Assembly (NCBI GenBank): GCA_944332025.1
Contig: CALVJB010000003.1
Location: 1-63,691, forward strand
From: an uncultured Bacilli bacterium
GTDB taxonomy: Bacteria > Bacillota_I > Bacilli_A > RF39 > UBA660
Direction: 5' to 3'
DNA: 63,691 nt
Shown here: piece after piece, positions 18,878-29,755 of the stretch
How positions within the stretch are numbered: the first letter of the stretch is position 1
Layout: the number at the start of each line of letters is the position of its first letter
Position numbers and translations under genes: made by a program
The notes under the pieces: generated by a model
Database searches by the model: none
Told to the model about the DNA's origin: nothing
The model's input: only the letters and a program-made list of their open reading frames with translations

Positions 18878-19297
18878 CTATTTGTTTAACATATTTAATA
18901 AGTTGATTTTAAACATATCTTTTTCAGGGTGAGATTTAGATATCATTACTCCTTTATAAGTAGATAACTCAGCCATATGACCTTCATTTAAAATACCTTC
19001 TGGAGTAATATTGGTAAGTAGAATAACACGTTTATCAGGGTATACTGTATAATGAACTCTAATCTCTCCATGTACTTTAGCGAATAACTCATCTGTTGGT
19101 AATTTAAGTTCATAGTTCATTGTACCTGCTTTAGTATCTTCACTAACCTTTTCACCTAAAAAATGACCACGTCTTAGTTCTGGATAATATTCAAAAGTTA
19201 GTTTTTTATAAGCTAACATGTTATATTTTCTTACAGAACGTTCTCTTTTTCTAAAATCATTCTCATCTAAATATTCAAATATAAATGACTTCTCCAT
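18878..19297 (-). CDS. hypothetical protein
   Basis: The likely start is MEKSF at 19297, preceded by the SD aaggggg. The segment IRVHYTVYPDKRVILLTNI faintly recalls the RelE/ParE fold, which I do not consider sufficient for a call. Confidence 0.5.
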   Translation of the reverse strand: MEKSFIFEYLDENDFRKRERSVRKYNMLAYKKLTFEYYPELRRGHFLGEKVSEDTKAGTMNYELKLPTDELFAKVHGEIRVHYTVYPDKRVILLTNITPEGILNEGHMAELSTYKGVMISKSHPEKDMFKINLLNMLNK

Positions 19298-19369
19298 ATG
19301 TATAACCCCCTTTATTAAAACCCCCATATCTTGAAGTTGCTTGTATTATACTACAAAATTAGCATTTTG

Positions 19370-22300
19370 TCAAATTTTCTCGAAAATTTCATCTATTATT
19401 GAATATAAATAACAACTAGTAGGTAGATTTAACTTATTACTAATTACTTCTTTATAGCCGTTTAATTGGTCTATATAAGCTTTATCTTTTGTATTTTTAA
19501 GTTTATAATCGATAATTAATGCTTCACTATCCCCTACTAATAATAAGTCTATTTTACCATGATAAGTTTTATTACTATTTTCCCAAAGAAATTCATATTC
19601 TTGATATTTTTTATAGTCTTTATACTTAGAGATAAAACTACTATTTAAAAAGTTAGTAAGTTTTTCTTTATAATAATTATCTTCTATATAAGGTAACTTA
19701 TTATTAATAAAGTCAATTCTCTCAAACAATGTATGAACATTTCTTCCTATCTCGAGAAGTTTTAGTTCTTCTTCTGTTTTAACATCGTCTCCTTCTTTAT
19801 GATAAGTTTCTTTTTCTTTAATAGTATTATCATAAATTGAAGGAATAATCTCTAATTCTTTTACATTATTATCTATTTTAGAAGTAATTTTTTTAACTTC
19901 TAAATAAGCTTTAGATATATCTTTTATATCAGTTATTTCTTTAGTTTTATCTTTAAATAAAGATGCTACACTAATAACCATTTTAGCAAAGTTAGTATAG
20001 TTTAATCTATCATAATTACTAACAACATCTCCTAATTCTTTATCATTACTGATATTAGGCATAACTATTATCATTTTCTCTCTTGCACGGGTTAATGCTA
20101 CATATAAAAGTCTAATCTTTTCACTAATATCTTTTTGTTTTAATTTTTCTAGTGAAAGAGTCTTAGTAATTAGTTTATTATTAGTATCAACTTCATCTAT
20201 AATGATACCATAATCTTCATCAAATAAGACATTACTCTTATATTCATCTTTATTAAAATCTTTATAGAAGCCTGCAAAATAACAGATAGGATATTCTAGT
20301 CCTTTAGATTTATGAATAGTCATAATCTTAACACTATTACTATCTTCTTTACTAATAGCAAGTTTAATCTCTAATTTCTCATTATTTATTTTCTCTAAAT
20401 AATCACTAACATCAAGAATAGTAAAGTTACTATTTTCTAAGTTTGTAATTAAATTGTAGAAGTATTCCATCCTACTAGAGTTAATCTCAACATTACCTAT
20501 TAAAGTAAGTTTATCTATATAATTTAATTTCTCTAATAGTTTTTCTAAATAGACTACTGGGGTTAATTCATCTATATTTTCTAAGACTTCCTTAAATAGT
20601 CTAAAGACACTAGTATCTTTATAAGTGTTATTAACTAAAGCCTGATAAATTTCATCATCGGTATAAGAGAAAAGAAAACTACGAGAAATTGAGGTAAAGG
20701 CAAGGCAAAACTTGCTATCATAATTATTAGTAATAATAGATTTAGCCATAATAAAGAAGTTTTTTAAAAGATATAAATCAGTACTACCACTAGTCTTTTC
20801 ATCTTCATATAAAGTAATAGGTAGACCTAAATATTCAAATACTTGTTTATAAGTAGTAAAATCAGTCGCTCTATCTAATAATATAACAAAGTCACGATAC
20901 TCTATTTCTCTTAAAGAATCTTCATCTTTATCATAAACTAAGTACTTACTATTAATCTTTTCTTTAATATCATTTGCAATAATAAAGGCTTCTTTTTCAA
21001 GTTTACTATAACTTTTATCTTTCTCATCATAAGTATAAATATCTAAGTAGTTATTATTAGTTGTTTTAGCACTACCTTCATACATCATATTACCAAACAC
21101 CATAGCATGACCATTATTATAGTCTGCTTCACCTAAATAATCATCCATGATATGAGAAAAGAAAAGATTTATATCATCTAAGACTTCTCTTCTACTTCTA
21201 AAGTTTTTGGCAAGATCTATTACTCGTCCTCCAACTTCTTTCTTATAATTATCATATTTATCTTTAAAAATAGAAGGATTAGCATTACGAAAACGATAAA
21301 TTGACTGTTTAATATCTCCTACCATATAAACATTATCATGAGCGATATAACTAATAAAAGTCTCTTGAATATCATTAGTATCTTGATATTCATCTATTAA
21401 TATTTCTTTAAAAAAGTTACCTACTTCTTCTCTAATTTCTAGATTATCACGAACTAGGCTAATAGCAAGTTTTTCTATATCCATAAAAGTATAGTAGTTA
21501 TTTTCTTTCTTATATAAAGTAAATCTTTTATCTAGTTCTTTAACTAGTTCTAGTATTATAGAGATGTATTCTTTAGTCTTAACAATACTAGTTTTAATAT
21601 CTTCTATACTTTCATAAATAACTAAGTCTTTAAATTCTTTTAATAATACTGTTAAATTATCTCTTAATTCTTTAGAATCACTATCTACCCCTGTTCTTGC
21701 TCTAGGTAATGAGGTAAAGATTGTTCTTTTTAACTCTTCATAACTAGTTGCATCCACAAAAGGTAAAAACATCTCTTCTAACTGTTCTAAATACTTACTT
21801 GATGTAAGAGATCTAACTTCTTCATAAAGATCAATAATATTTTCTTTCTTCTTATTTAAAAGTTCTAAATATTCTTTAATATATTTATCTATTACTTCAT
21901 CACTATAATATCTAGCGATATAATTATCAATAAACTCATCCTTATTTAGTTTTAAATCTAGGGTACTATCAAGTTCTAATATTCTTTTCTTAATAGTTTT
22001 ATCATCTTTAAGACAAAATTTAGTAATTAAATTAAGAAAGTCATTAGGACATTTTTCATAATAATCTAAAAATATCTCATCTAATATTTCCTTTTTAGCA
22101 AGTTCTAAAATACTAGATTCAGCGATTGTAATATTACTTGATAAGTGAATAGTATCAGCATATTTTTTTGCTAAGGCAAGAGAATATGCATCAAAAGTTG
22201 TAATATAACTACTATCAAGTAAATCTAACTCATCCATTAGCTCATTTTCTTTAAGTTTCTTTCTAACACGTTCTTTCATTTCAAGCGCAGCTTTATTAGT

Positions 22301-22474
22301 AAATGTTAGGATTAAAAGTTCATTTATATGAGTCCCTTCTTTTAATTTTCTTAACACTCTTTCTGTTAAAACAGCAGTCTTACCACTCCCTGCTCCTGCA
22401 CTTACTAAGATATTTGTTCCTTCCATATCGATGGCAAGTTGTTGTTCTTCTGTAAATTTAGGCATTAGATTCAC
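19370..22474 (-). CDS. addA: ATP-dependent helicase/nuclease subunit A
   Basis: 1034-aa ORF. UvrD-type motifs (GAGSGKT, DEYQDT) and a C-terminal PD-(D/E)XK nuclease (GKIDLL...DYKL). It overlaps addB. Confidence 0.9.
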   Translation of the reverse strand: MNLMPKFTEEQQLAIDMEGTNILVSAGAGSGKTAVLTERVLRKLKEGTHINELLILTFTNKAALEMKERVRKKLKENELMDELDLLDSSYITTFDAYSLALAKKYADTIHLSSNITIAESSILELAKKEILDEIFLDYYEKCPNDFLNLITKFCLKDDKTIKKRILELDSTLDLKLNKDEFIDNYIARYYSDEVIDKYIKEYLELLNKKKENIIDLYEEVRSLTSSKYLEQLEEMFLPFVDATSYEELKRTIFTSLPRARTGVDSDSKELRDNLTVLLKEFKDLVIYESIEDIKTSIVKTKEYISIILELVKELDKRFTLYKKENNYYTFMDIEKLAISLVRDNLEIREEVGNFFKEILIDEYQDTNDIQETFISYIAHDNVYMVGDIKQSIYRFRNANPSIFKDKYDNYKKEVGGRVIDLAKNFRSRREVLDDINLFFSHIMDDYLGEADYNNGHAMVFGNMMYEGSAKTTNNNYLDIYTYDEKDKSYSKLEKEAFIIANDIKEKINSKYLVYDKDEDSLREIEYRDFVILLDRATDFTTYKQVFEYLGLPITLYEDEKTSGSTDLYLLKNFFIMAKSIITNNYDSKFCLAFTSISRSFLFSYTDDEIYQALVNNTYKDTSVFRLFKEVLENIDELTPVVYLEKLLEKLNYIDKLTLIGNVEINSSRMEYFYNLITNLENSNFTILDVSDYLEKINNEKLEIKLAISKEDSNSVKIMTIHKSKGLEYPICYFAGFYKDFNKDEYKSNVLFDEDYGIIIDEVDTNNKLITKTLSLEKLKQKDISEKIRLLYVALTRAREKMIIVMPNISNDKELGDVVSNYDRLNYTNFAKMVISVASLFKDKTKEITDIKDISKAYLEVKKITSKIDNNVKELEIIPSIYDNTIKEKETYHKEGDDVKTEEELKLLEIGRNVHTLFERIDFINNKLPYIEDNYYKEKLTNFLNSSFISKYKDYKKYQEYEFLWENSNKTYHGKIDLLLVGDSEALIIDYKLKNTKDKAYIDQLNGYKEVISNKLNLPTSCYLYSIIDEIFEKI

Positions 22475-24752
22475 CTTCTTTCTTCTCTAAATAAATATAA
22501 TCACTTGCACTTACAAAACATACTTCTTTAAACGGACAAAACTCACAAGAAATATTTTTATTATTAATTATTTTAGGGGCAATATCAAACGCATTATTAT
22601 CTATTATTTTAAGAGATTTTTCTAAGGCTTTATGTATAGAGTTCATCATATCTTCTAACTCATTATCTGATAAAATTTTACTTCTAGATGATAGTTCTCC
22701 ATCTTTTTTTACACTTAAACCTTTAACAAAAGAATCTGTTTCATAATCTTCATCTAAATAAGAAAGTATTACTTTATCATCTGTTGTATATCCTACTAGT
22801 TTTAGATTTTTAATCTGTTCATCTTTATCTTTATAACTTTGTAACAAGTACTGATAAAAGAAACCTACAAAACAAGGATTATCAAATAGATTACTCTTAT
22901 TTATTAAGTATATATATAAAGGTAATTGTAAGTATAAACCATCTTCTAAATAATCTAAATTTAAGGTTGCACTTCCTGTCTTATAATCAAAAACAGCATA
23001 ATAAGTCTTATCATGGAATGTTTTAAATAATATCTTATCAATAAAACCTTTTAAAGTAGCATGTTCACTTAATGGTATCTCTAACCTTTTCTCGCCATAA
23101 AATTCAGTTAGAAAACTTCTTTTTTCAACTTGCTTATTATAATTAACTATTTCTTTTAATTCAGTTTCTAATCTTTTAAACAAAACAGTTTCTCTCTTAT
23201 CTAAAGGATTATCTTTTAAAGCTTTATTAAGAGATATATCAAAAGAAAAGTTATCATTATAACTATCTTTTAAAACACTATGAAAGATATTACCTATTTT
23301 AGTATTAAAATTCTCATCAAAACTATCTAGTTTTAAGATATGTTTTAAATAATATTTGAAAGGACATTTAGCAAGGTCATCTATACTAGAGTAAGAAAGA
23401 CTATAAGGGGTAATCTCTCTATTAATACCTTTAAATTTATGATCAAAGCTTGTATATTTACTAGTATCTATATTAGTAGTTAAAAAGTCAAAATCTTTAT
23501 CTTCCTCATGGTATTTATAATAAGTATCTAAAACACTACTCGTTCTATAATTATTAAACTCTTTACTATAATTATAACTATAATTAAGATTATCTATTTC
23601 TTTTAAATTAAGCTCATTTAATAAACTAGACTTAGCATATTCCCCAGTTAATGATGTTAATTTATATGATAGTGTAAGGTTCTTTATAGTTCCTAAGACT
23701 TTAACTAAGGAATCTTTACTTAGTTTATTTTTAATAGTAGAAGTATTTAAATTACACTTGCTTTTTAGGCTATCACTTAAGTACTCCTCATCTTTATAAA
23801 TTTTAGGTAAATAATTTTGATTAAATCCTAAAACAAATAAGTATTCATCATCACTAACTAAATAAGGGACTTCTATCGCTTCATTTAAAACTTTAACAGA
23901 CTCTACTAATTCTATACTATCTAAGGTAGTATTTTCTAATCTATCTTTTAATAAGATATCATAGTACTTACTATTTTTAGCATAACTTAAATCACTTTCT
24001 ATTTTCATTATTTTAGACTTTATATTAATATCTTTAATATGAGTAATATCTTTATCTTTTAAGTATTCTTTAACATTTATTAAAGAAGTAATCTTATTAG
24101 TAGATTTAAGATATATTGGTATATCAAACATCTTAAAGATAGTTTTAAGTAAATAGTTATAACTATTATCTACTCCTGCTAGAAATATTTTATTATAACT
24201 AATACCTTTACTATTAAGTTCTCTTATTTTTAATGCTGTACTAATTATCTCATCTTTCATAGAGTGATATTTATAGACTGTATCTATAGATAGATTACTA
24301 GTAATATCTAAATAATTGGTATTAATACTATCTAACATTTCTTTTTGATAAGGCTCTAACATACTATAACCTAGTATATAAATATTTTTAGTTAATAAAT
24401 ATTCTCTATATCCTTTATCAAATATTAAATAATTATTATCTTTTAAATCTAAATATAAACTCTTAAGATTATTTAATTTACTTTCTTTATAATCTTTAGT
24501 TATATCTATTTTATAAAGATTTTTTAACATTAATTTTAATACATCTATATTCTCTTTAGTTTTATCTAATAGATATAACAAAGCATCTTCTTTTATATCA
24601 AAAAAATAATGTTTTTCTAACTCTTCTAGGCTTATAAAAGTAATATTATATATTTTACTATCTTTTGATAAAAGATTTAATAGTTTTATTTTTAAACTAT
24701 TAGGAACAATATATATAGAATTATCATTAAACTTAAAATTCATCTTTATCAC
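22458..24752 (-). CDS. addB: helicase-nuclease subunit B (AddB/RexB type, short form)
   Basis: 764-aa ORF upstream of and overlapping addA. The C-terminal nuclease has Fe-S cysteines (CPFKYY ... CEFCPFKEVC). There is no Walker A motif. Confidence 0.8.
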   Translation of the reverse strand: MIKMNFKFNDNSIYIVPNSLKIKLLNLLSKDSKIYNITFISLEELEKHYFFDIKEDALLYLLDKTKENIDVLKLMLKNLYKIDITKDYKESKLNNLKSLYLDLKDNNYLIFDKGYREYLLTKNIYILGYSMLEPYQKEMLDSINTNYLDITSNLSIDTVYKYHSMKDEIISTALKIRELNSKGISYNKIFLAGVDNSYNYLLKTIFKMFDIPIYLKSTNKITSLINVKEYLKDKDITHIKDINIKSKIMKIESDLSYAKNSKYYDILLKDRLENTTLDSIELVESVKVLNEAIEVPYLVSDDEYLFVLGFNQNYLPKIYKDEEYLSDSLKSKCNLNTSTIKNKLSKDSLVKVLGTIKNLTLSYKLTSLTGEYAKSSLLNELNLKEIDNLNYSYNYSKEFNNYRTSSVLDTYYKYHEEDKDFDFLTTNIDTSKYTSFDHKFKGINREITPYSLSYSSIDDLAKCPFKYYLKHILKLDSFDENFNTKIGNIFHSVLKDSYNDNFSFDISLNKALKDNPLDKRETVLFKRLETELKEIVNYNKQVEKRSFLTEFYGEKRLEIPLSEHATLKGFIDKILFKTFHDKTYYAVFDYKTGSATLNLDYLEDGLYLQLPLYIYLINKSNLFDNPCFVGFFYQYLLQSYKDKDEQIKNLKLVGYTTDDKVILSYLDEDYETDSFVKGLSVKKDGELSSRSKILSDNELEDMMNSIHKALEKSLKIIDNNAFDIAPKIINNKNISCEFCPFKEVCFVSASDYIYLEKKEGESNA

Positions 24753-24791
24753 TTCTTTTCTATTAATATTTTAGCATAAAGAAAGAAATGT

Positions 24792-25656
24792 TTAAACTTC
24801 TTTCTTTAATTCTTTTAACTCTTCTATACTTAAACCAGTTACTTTTATTATATCTTCTTTAGGTGTACCTATATTAAGGAGATTTTTAGCAATTTCTATT
24901 TCTTTTGCCTTAGCACCTGCTTCCTTACCATCATCATATCCCCAACTACGAGCGGTATTAATCATTTTTTTCTGCATCATCTCGTTATCATAGGCTACTC
25001 CAAAATCATCATTAAGTCCTAGTCTTTCTAATTCATCCACAATCTTCAACGCCTCCTTATCATCTCCTGCTATTTCTCTTAATTCTTCATAAGAGTTAGC
25101 AGTAAATAAAGATAGATATGCTTCTTCTTTATTGTCTCCATTATATCTTATTCCTCCCGTAATTTTCAAGATACACTTCGTATATTTCAAAATCTTTTAT
25201 TTCTCTATTAGTTACCTTATCCATTAAATAAAATGAACCTTTACTAACATAAGGATGCTTTTCTTTATTAAAGTTTATTTGAATGACTTTCTTCTTCTTA
25301 ATATCTTCACCACTATTTAAACTTTTAGCAAGTAAGGCATATACATATAATCTATCTTTATATTTTGTCTCTTCACTAGGAAACTGGTTCATTTCTATTG
25401 ATATAACTAGATCAACTAGATCACTTACAAGTAATATATCTAAACGATAATCACGTTTTTCATTACCACTGTTTAATTCAGCATCATATAACTTAAAATT
25501 CTTAATATCCATATTTATAATAGGTTTAATAATAGTATTAAAAAACTCTTTATAGTCTTCTATTTTAAAGAAATGTTTAAATGAAGTGTCTGATAAAAGA
25601 CTAATAAATTTCTTTTCACTCTTTTCTTTAGTATCTTTATTTTCTTCTTGTTTCAT
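24792..25656 (-). pseudogene. Rpn/YhgA-like nuclease / putative transposase, copy 2, with the same two-ORF split (25141-25656 and 24792-25190)
   Basis: The N-terminal ORF differs from copy 1 at only 3 residues. The C-terminal ORF stays open despite substitutions and a 4-codon indel. Confidence 0.75.
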
Positions 25657-25838
25657 AATATTATACCTCCAACAATAATGATTTATCTGCAGATGCCTAC
25701 ACTCTAACATATGGAGGAAATCATTGCAAAAAGAGAATTTTGTAAATTCACTCTAAAAACAGGGGGCAATTTTATAAATTCGTCTAGAGAAAATTAAAAA
25801 TTGACTCTAAAAAATAGGGTCAATTTACAAAATTCATA
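24792..25838 (-). repeat. inverted-repeat copy 2
   Basis: Reverse complement of 5027-6085, including the upstream repeat array (25726-25835). Confidence 0.9.
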
Positions 25839-25844
25839 TAAATT

Positions 25845-26600
25845 TTATTTTTTTACATAGGCTGTTCCTTTGGATTCAGTATTACCTTTAGCTTTATCAT
25901 CACTTCTAACTAAACCTAGATAGTTCTCTCTTTCTATATTAGCTTTTATTTCCTTTAAAGCAGGTAAAGATAATTTATAAATACTATTAATATCAAAATA
26001 GTGCTTATCATTCTCTTTATCTTTTTCTTGCTTTATTTTATTTATTACTGCTTTATCTTTATCCTTAACATTTTCTAATATATTTTTATTTTCTAAATCT
26101 GCTTCATTTAGTACTTCTTCATTTTCTATCACAAAGTCTCCCTTTTTAATATCTTCAATTTTATACGCAATTGATTTACCATATGCTGTTAAAGGCGTAA
26201 GAAGAGCAAAAGAAGAAAATGTTACTACAGCAGAAACACTAAATAAACTCATATCATTTAAAATTGATAATGGTATGCTACCAAAACCAGTAATAAGTAA
26301 AGGTATCGCCACAGCCATAGCTATCTTTTCTTTTACTATTAATCTTTTTAATAACTTTTTATTTCTAAAATGTTGGTCTCTCATTAATTTTAGTACTTTT
26401 ATTTTATTCTTTTCAATATTAGCATACCTAGGTTTCGAACCATCTGCCATATAAACAACCAAATTATTATAGTCTTCTGTAGTTCTTTTAATCATTATAT
26501 TACTTTCATCGTTTATATACTTATTGCATTTTCCTTTTTCTACTTCAAACCTCATTATATACTTATTACTCTTCTTATCTTCATCTCTAATTACTTTCAT
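25845..26600 (-). CDS. hypothetical membrane protein
   Basis: 251-aa ORF with the SD gaggaag and two central TM helices. I recognise no domain. Confidence 0.55.
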   Translation of the reverse strand: MKVIRDEDKKSNKYIMRFEVEKGKCNKYINDESNIMIKRTTEDYNNLVVYMADGSKPRYANIEKNKIKVLKLMRDQHFRNKKLLKRLIVKEKIAMAVAIPLLITGFGSIPLSILNDMSLFSVSAVVTFSSFALLTPLTAYGKSIAYKIEDIKKGDFVIENEEVLNEADLENKNILENVKDKDKAVINKIKQEKDKENDKHYFDINSIYKLSLPALKEIKANIERENYLGLVRSDDKAKGNTESKGTAYVKK

Positions 26601-26643
26601 AACTCTTCCTCTTTTCTGTTCCTATATACTATCACAAAAGGAT

Positions 26644-26671
26644 AAAAATAACAATAAAAAAAGACTTTATT
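26644..26671. repeat. 28-bp target-site duplication, left
   Basis: aaaaataacaataaaaaaagactttatt, identical to 28441-28468. Confidence 0.85.
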
Positions 26672-28440
26672 GTGACTTTTTTTTCAAAATGTCCGCTTTT
26701 GCACTTTCGTTTACAAAACAAAATGTCCTATTATAAAAATTAGTAAAAAAAATTGATTTACAAAACAAAATGTCCTAAAATACACTTCCAGAAAGGAGGT
26801 GTATTTTTATGGTTAAATTAGTAGATAAAGAATTATACAGCGAAACTATTAAAAAAGTTCTTTCTAAAGACCTAACTCAAAAAGAAGCTGGATTAATACT
26901 AGATATAACTGATAGACAGATTCGTAGACTTATTACTAAGTACAAAAATATGGGTGAGGATGCATTTGTTCATAAAAATATAAATAATCAAAATGCAAAA
27001 AAAATCTCAGATGATATACCAACTAAGATTATAGATGATTATTTAACTAATTATTATGATTATGGATTTACTCACTTCTATGAAGAGCAAGGGCGTAAAT
27101 ATGGTATTTCTTTTTCTTACATGGTTGAAAAGTTTGGAACCAATTATATTATTTCTCCCTATGCTCAACACAGAACAGTCAAATTATATAATGAAAACAT
27201 GAAAAAAGCAATAAGAGATAATTCTATAACAGAATCCCAAGAAAAATTATTTGAACAAAGAAAGCAAGAAGAGTTTGAAAAACACATTAGAAAATCTTCT
27301 TTGCATTATTCATTTGGTGAAGAAGTTCAAATGGATGCAGCCTTTTGGGTTTGGTTTGGTACTGAAGAAACTGCATTGCATTTAGTTGTGGATAAGGCTA
27401 CTAAGAAAGTTCTTGCCGGTTATTTCGATTATGAAGAAACTACTAATGCATATTTAGTTGTACTAATGAACATGATTATAAACTTTGGTATTCCTAAAAG
27501 AATAAAAACAGATAGAAGAAATTCATTTTCCATTAATAATGCTAAAAGTTCTAAATCAAAACTTAATATAACTCAGTTTGGTAGAATATGTGAAGATTTA
27601 GAAATTGAATTATTATGTAATAGTAATCCATTATTTAAACCCAATGCTGAAAGAGAAAATGGTACTTTTAAAAGACGTTTGAAAGCGGAATTAAGACATA
27701 ATGGTATAACTACTATTGAAGAGGCTAATAAATATTTAAATGAAGTATTTATTCCTAAAATAAATGAAAGGTTCTCATACAAAATTAATCCCAAGAAAAA
27801 TGTTATGAGAGAAAATAATTATACTGAAGATGAGTTAAATTTAATTATTTCTATTAGAAACGAAAGAACTATAGATAATGCTTCATCAATTAAATATTTT
27901 AATAATTACTATTTACCTGCTAATGTAGAAACTGGTGAAGTCATATCTTTTAAAAGTGGAACAAAGTGCACCGTTGTTAATTCATACGATAGTAAGTTAT
28001 TTGGAATTATAGATGGTAATACTTATATGCTAGTACTGATAGAAAAACGAGAAGGAGAAAATAAAAGAGCCACAAAAAATGGATTTAAACCTAATGAAAA
28101 CCATCGATGGAGAAACTTTAAGATTAACTAAGGTTGGGGCTTTGCCCCAAACCCCAAGGTTTATCGCTTAATGACTCCAAAAAAGGAAACGTTAATAAAA
28201 GAAGCAAGTACTTCTTTAACTATGCTTCCTTTTTTGTATGTCATTACTTAATGCTCTGGTCACTCCTCAGTGTTGCCATACCCCTTAAGTAACAATTCTA
28301 TTATATGTCATTATGTTTAGATTGCAATAGGACATTTTGTTTTGTAAATTGGTTTATACTTACCTATAGATACTTTATAATAGGACATTTTGTTTTATAA
28401 ATACTTATGAAAAAAGCGGACATTTTGTTTTATTAATCAC
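26672..28440 (+). mobile_element. IS1202-group (ISNCY family)-like insertion sequence, about 1.77 kb
   Basis: Imperfect terminal inverted repeats (gtgacttttttttcaaaatgtccgctttt versus gtgattaataaaacaaaatgtccgctttt). Three AAAATGTCC subterminal motifs per end. A single transposase ORF and 28-bp direct repeats. Confidence 0.8.
26809..28131 (+). CDS. ISNCY/IS1202-type DDE transposase
   Basis: 440-aa ORF. N-terminal HTH (LTQKEAGLILDITDRQIRRLI) and an rve-like core with D (QMDAAF), D (KTDRRNSF) and E (NAERENG). Confidence 0.8.
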   Translation: MVKLVDKELYSETIKKVLSKDLTQKEAGLILDITDRQIRRLITKYKNMGEDAFVHKNINNQNAKKISDDIPTKIIDDYLTNYYDYGFTHFYEEQGRKYGISFSYMVEKFGTNYIISPYAQHRTVKLYNENMKKAIRDNSITESQEKLFEQRKQEEFEKHIRKSSLHYSFGEEVQMDAAFWVWFGTEETALHLVVDKATKKVLAGYFDYEETTNAYLVVLMNMIINFGIPKRIKTDRRNSFSINNAKSSKSKLNITQFGRICEDLEIELLCNSNPLFKPNAERENGTFKRRLKAELRHNGITTIEEANKYLNEVFIPKINERFSYKINPKKNVMRENNYTEDELNLIISIRNERTIDNASSIKYFNNYYLPANVETGEVISFKSGTKCTVVNSYDSKLFGIIDGNTYMLVLIEKREGENKRATKNGFKPNENHRWRNFKIN

Positions 28441-28468
28441 AAAAATAACAATAAAAAAAGACTTTATT
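28441..28468. repeat. 28-bp target-site duplication, right
   Basis: Identical to 26644-26671. It overlaps the rpmF stop codon by 2 nt. Confidence 0.85.
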
Positions 28469-28661
28469 AAGCCTCTTCTTTCTCAGTCATATCTACAACT
28501 GTTTTTCCTTTATAACTTCCACATTTAGGACAAACACGATGAGCTTTAATCATTTCACCACAGTTAGGACATTTAACCATACCTGGTACGTCAATTGCGT
28601 TATGACTTCTTCTCATTCTTTTTCTTGTTTTAGATACCTTTCTAAAAGGAACTGCAAACAT
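28467..28661 (-). CDS. rpmF: 50S ribosomal protein L32
   Basis: [20 protein letters not shown] plus a CxxC...CxxC zinc ribbon. The start is chosen by homology; the ORF track extends to 28691. Confidence 0.9.
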   Translation of the reverse strand: MFAVPFRKVSKTRKRMRRSHNAIDVPGMVKCPNCGEMIKAHRVCPKCGSYKGKTVVDMTEKEEA

Positions 28662-28687
28662 TTGAATATCTAACTTTAACATTATTA

Positions 28688-29164
28688 TCACTCCTTCTCT
28701 ATTTCTTTTAATAAATCTCTAAAGGGATTATTAGTATTTACATTTTTCTCATCTTCACTAATAACTCTCCATCCATCCCCTTTATATTCATCATAATTTG
28801 TAACTTCGCTATAGCGAATAGGGATCTCTAGTACTATATTTTCCCATAAAATGTTAATAATATCAAGAGTAAATTGATCATTTTCTAATAATTCACTCAC
28901 ATTTTCACTAATTTTAAAGGAAAAAGGATAATTAACTGGTTCTAGACTAACAGAATCATTTAATTTCATAGTACCAGAACATTCTATATCTAAAAATAAA
29001 TTATCATCACTTGGATAAGTTAAGTTACCTTTTACTTTAACTTTCTCTAAATCTATTATCTCAGTATTAGCATAAATTTCTTTAGGAATGGTAAAGTTTT
29101 CATCTATATCAATACTATTAATACTACCATCTAATAATTCTTTTATATTCATAAAACTCACCAT
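28688..29164 (-). CDS. YceD/DUF177 family protein
   Basis: 158-aa acidic protein immediately upstream of rpmF, which is the classical pairing. Confidence 0.75.
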   Translation of the reverse strand: MVSFMNIKELLDGSINSIDIDENFTIPKEIYANTEIIDLEKVKVKGNLTYPSDDNLFLDIECSGTMKLNDSVSLEPVNYPFSFKISENVSELLENDQFTLDIINILWENIVLEIPIRYSEVTNYDEYKGDGWRVISEDEKNVNTNNPFRDLLKEIEKE

Positions 29165-29751
29165 CTCTTGAAAAATACCATAAATAATAAAATAACCATA
29201 CTACATGCAACTGACATACTTTCCTTTAAGACATAACTTCTCTCATAGAAACAAGCAAGGTCATCAACAACATTGACTATCCAGCTTTCTAAATATCTTG
29301 GAAGTGTTTTTCCAACAGGAAACATATGAGCTTTAATTATATCTTGCTCTAAATCATTTAAATCAAAATACTTCTTTGAGTTTTCTAAAGCTATTTTAGG
29401 ATGATTTACTAACATATGAGCTTTCTTTTCATCATACTCATCTAAAAAGAAATCATGTAAAACCGCTCCTCTTGTTGTACTCCTATAATCTAAATGACAA
29501 AACTTAGTTACTTTATACGAATAGTAAGCAACTCTCATCATATGAGAATATCTATCCATTCCATGATGAACACAAGATTTTGTCTTTTGGTACTCACTAT
29601 TACTTACAATTGGCATTATTATATTATTAAACTCCTCATTTGGATAAAAAGTTCTCATAAAATACCCACTTTCTCTTCTCGCTTTTCCATAAGCATATAT
29701 AATTTTATCATATATTACCCATTTAATCAAGTTTACACTACTACTTGACAC
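29158..29751 (-). CDS. HD-domain phosphohydrolase
   Basis: H...HD motif (SHMMRVA...VLHDFF). An alternative start is MRTFY at 29658. Confidence 0.7.
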   Translation of the reverse strand: MSSSSVNLIKWVIYDKIIYAYGKARRESGYFMRTFYPNEEFNNIIMPIVSNSEYQKTKSCVHHGMDRYSHMMRVAYYSYKVTKFCHLDYRSTTRGAVLHDFFLDEYDEKKAHMLVNHPKIALENSKKYFDLNDLEQDIIKAHMFPVGKTLPRYLESWIVNVVDDLACFYERSYVLKESMSVACSMVILLFMVFFKRW

Positions 29752-29755
29752 TAAC

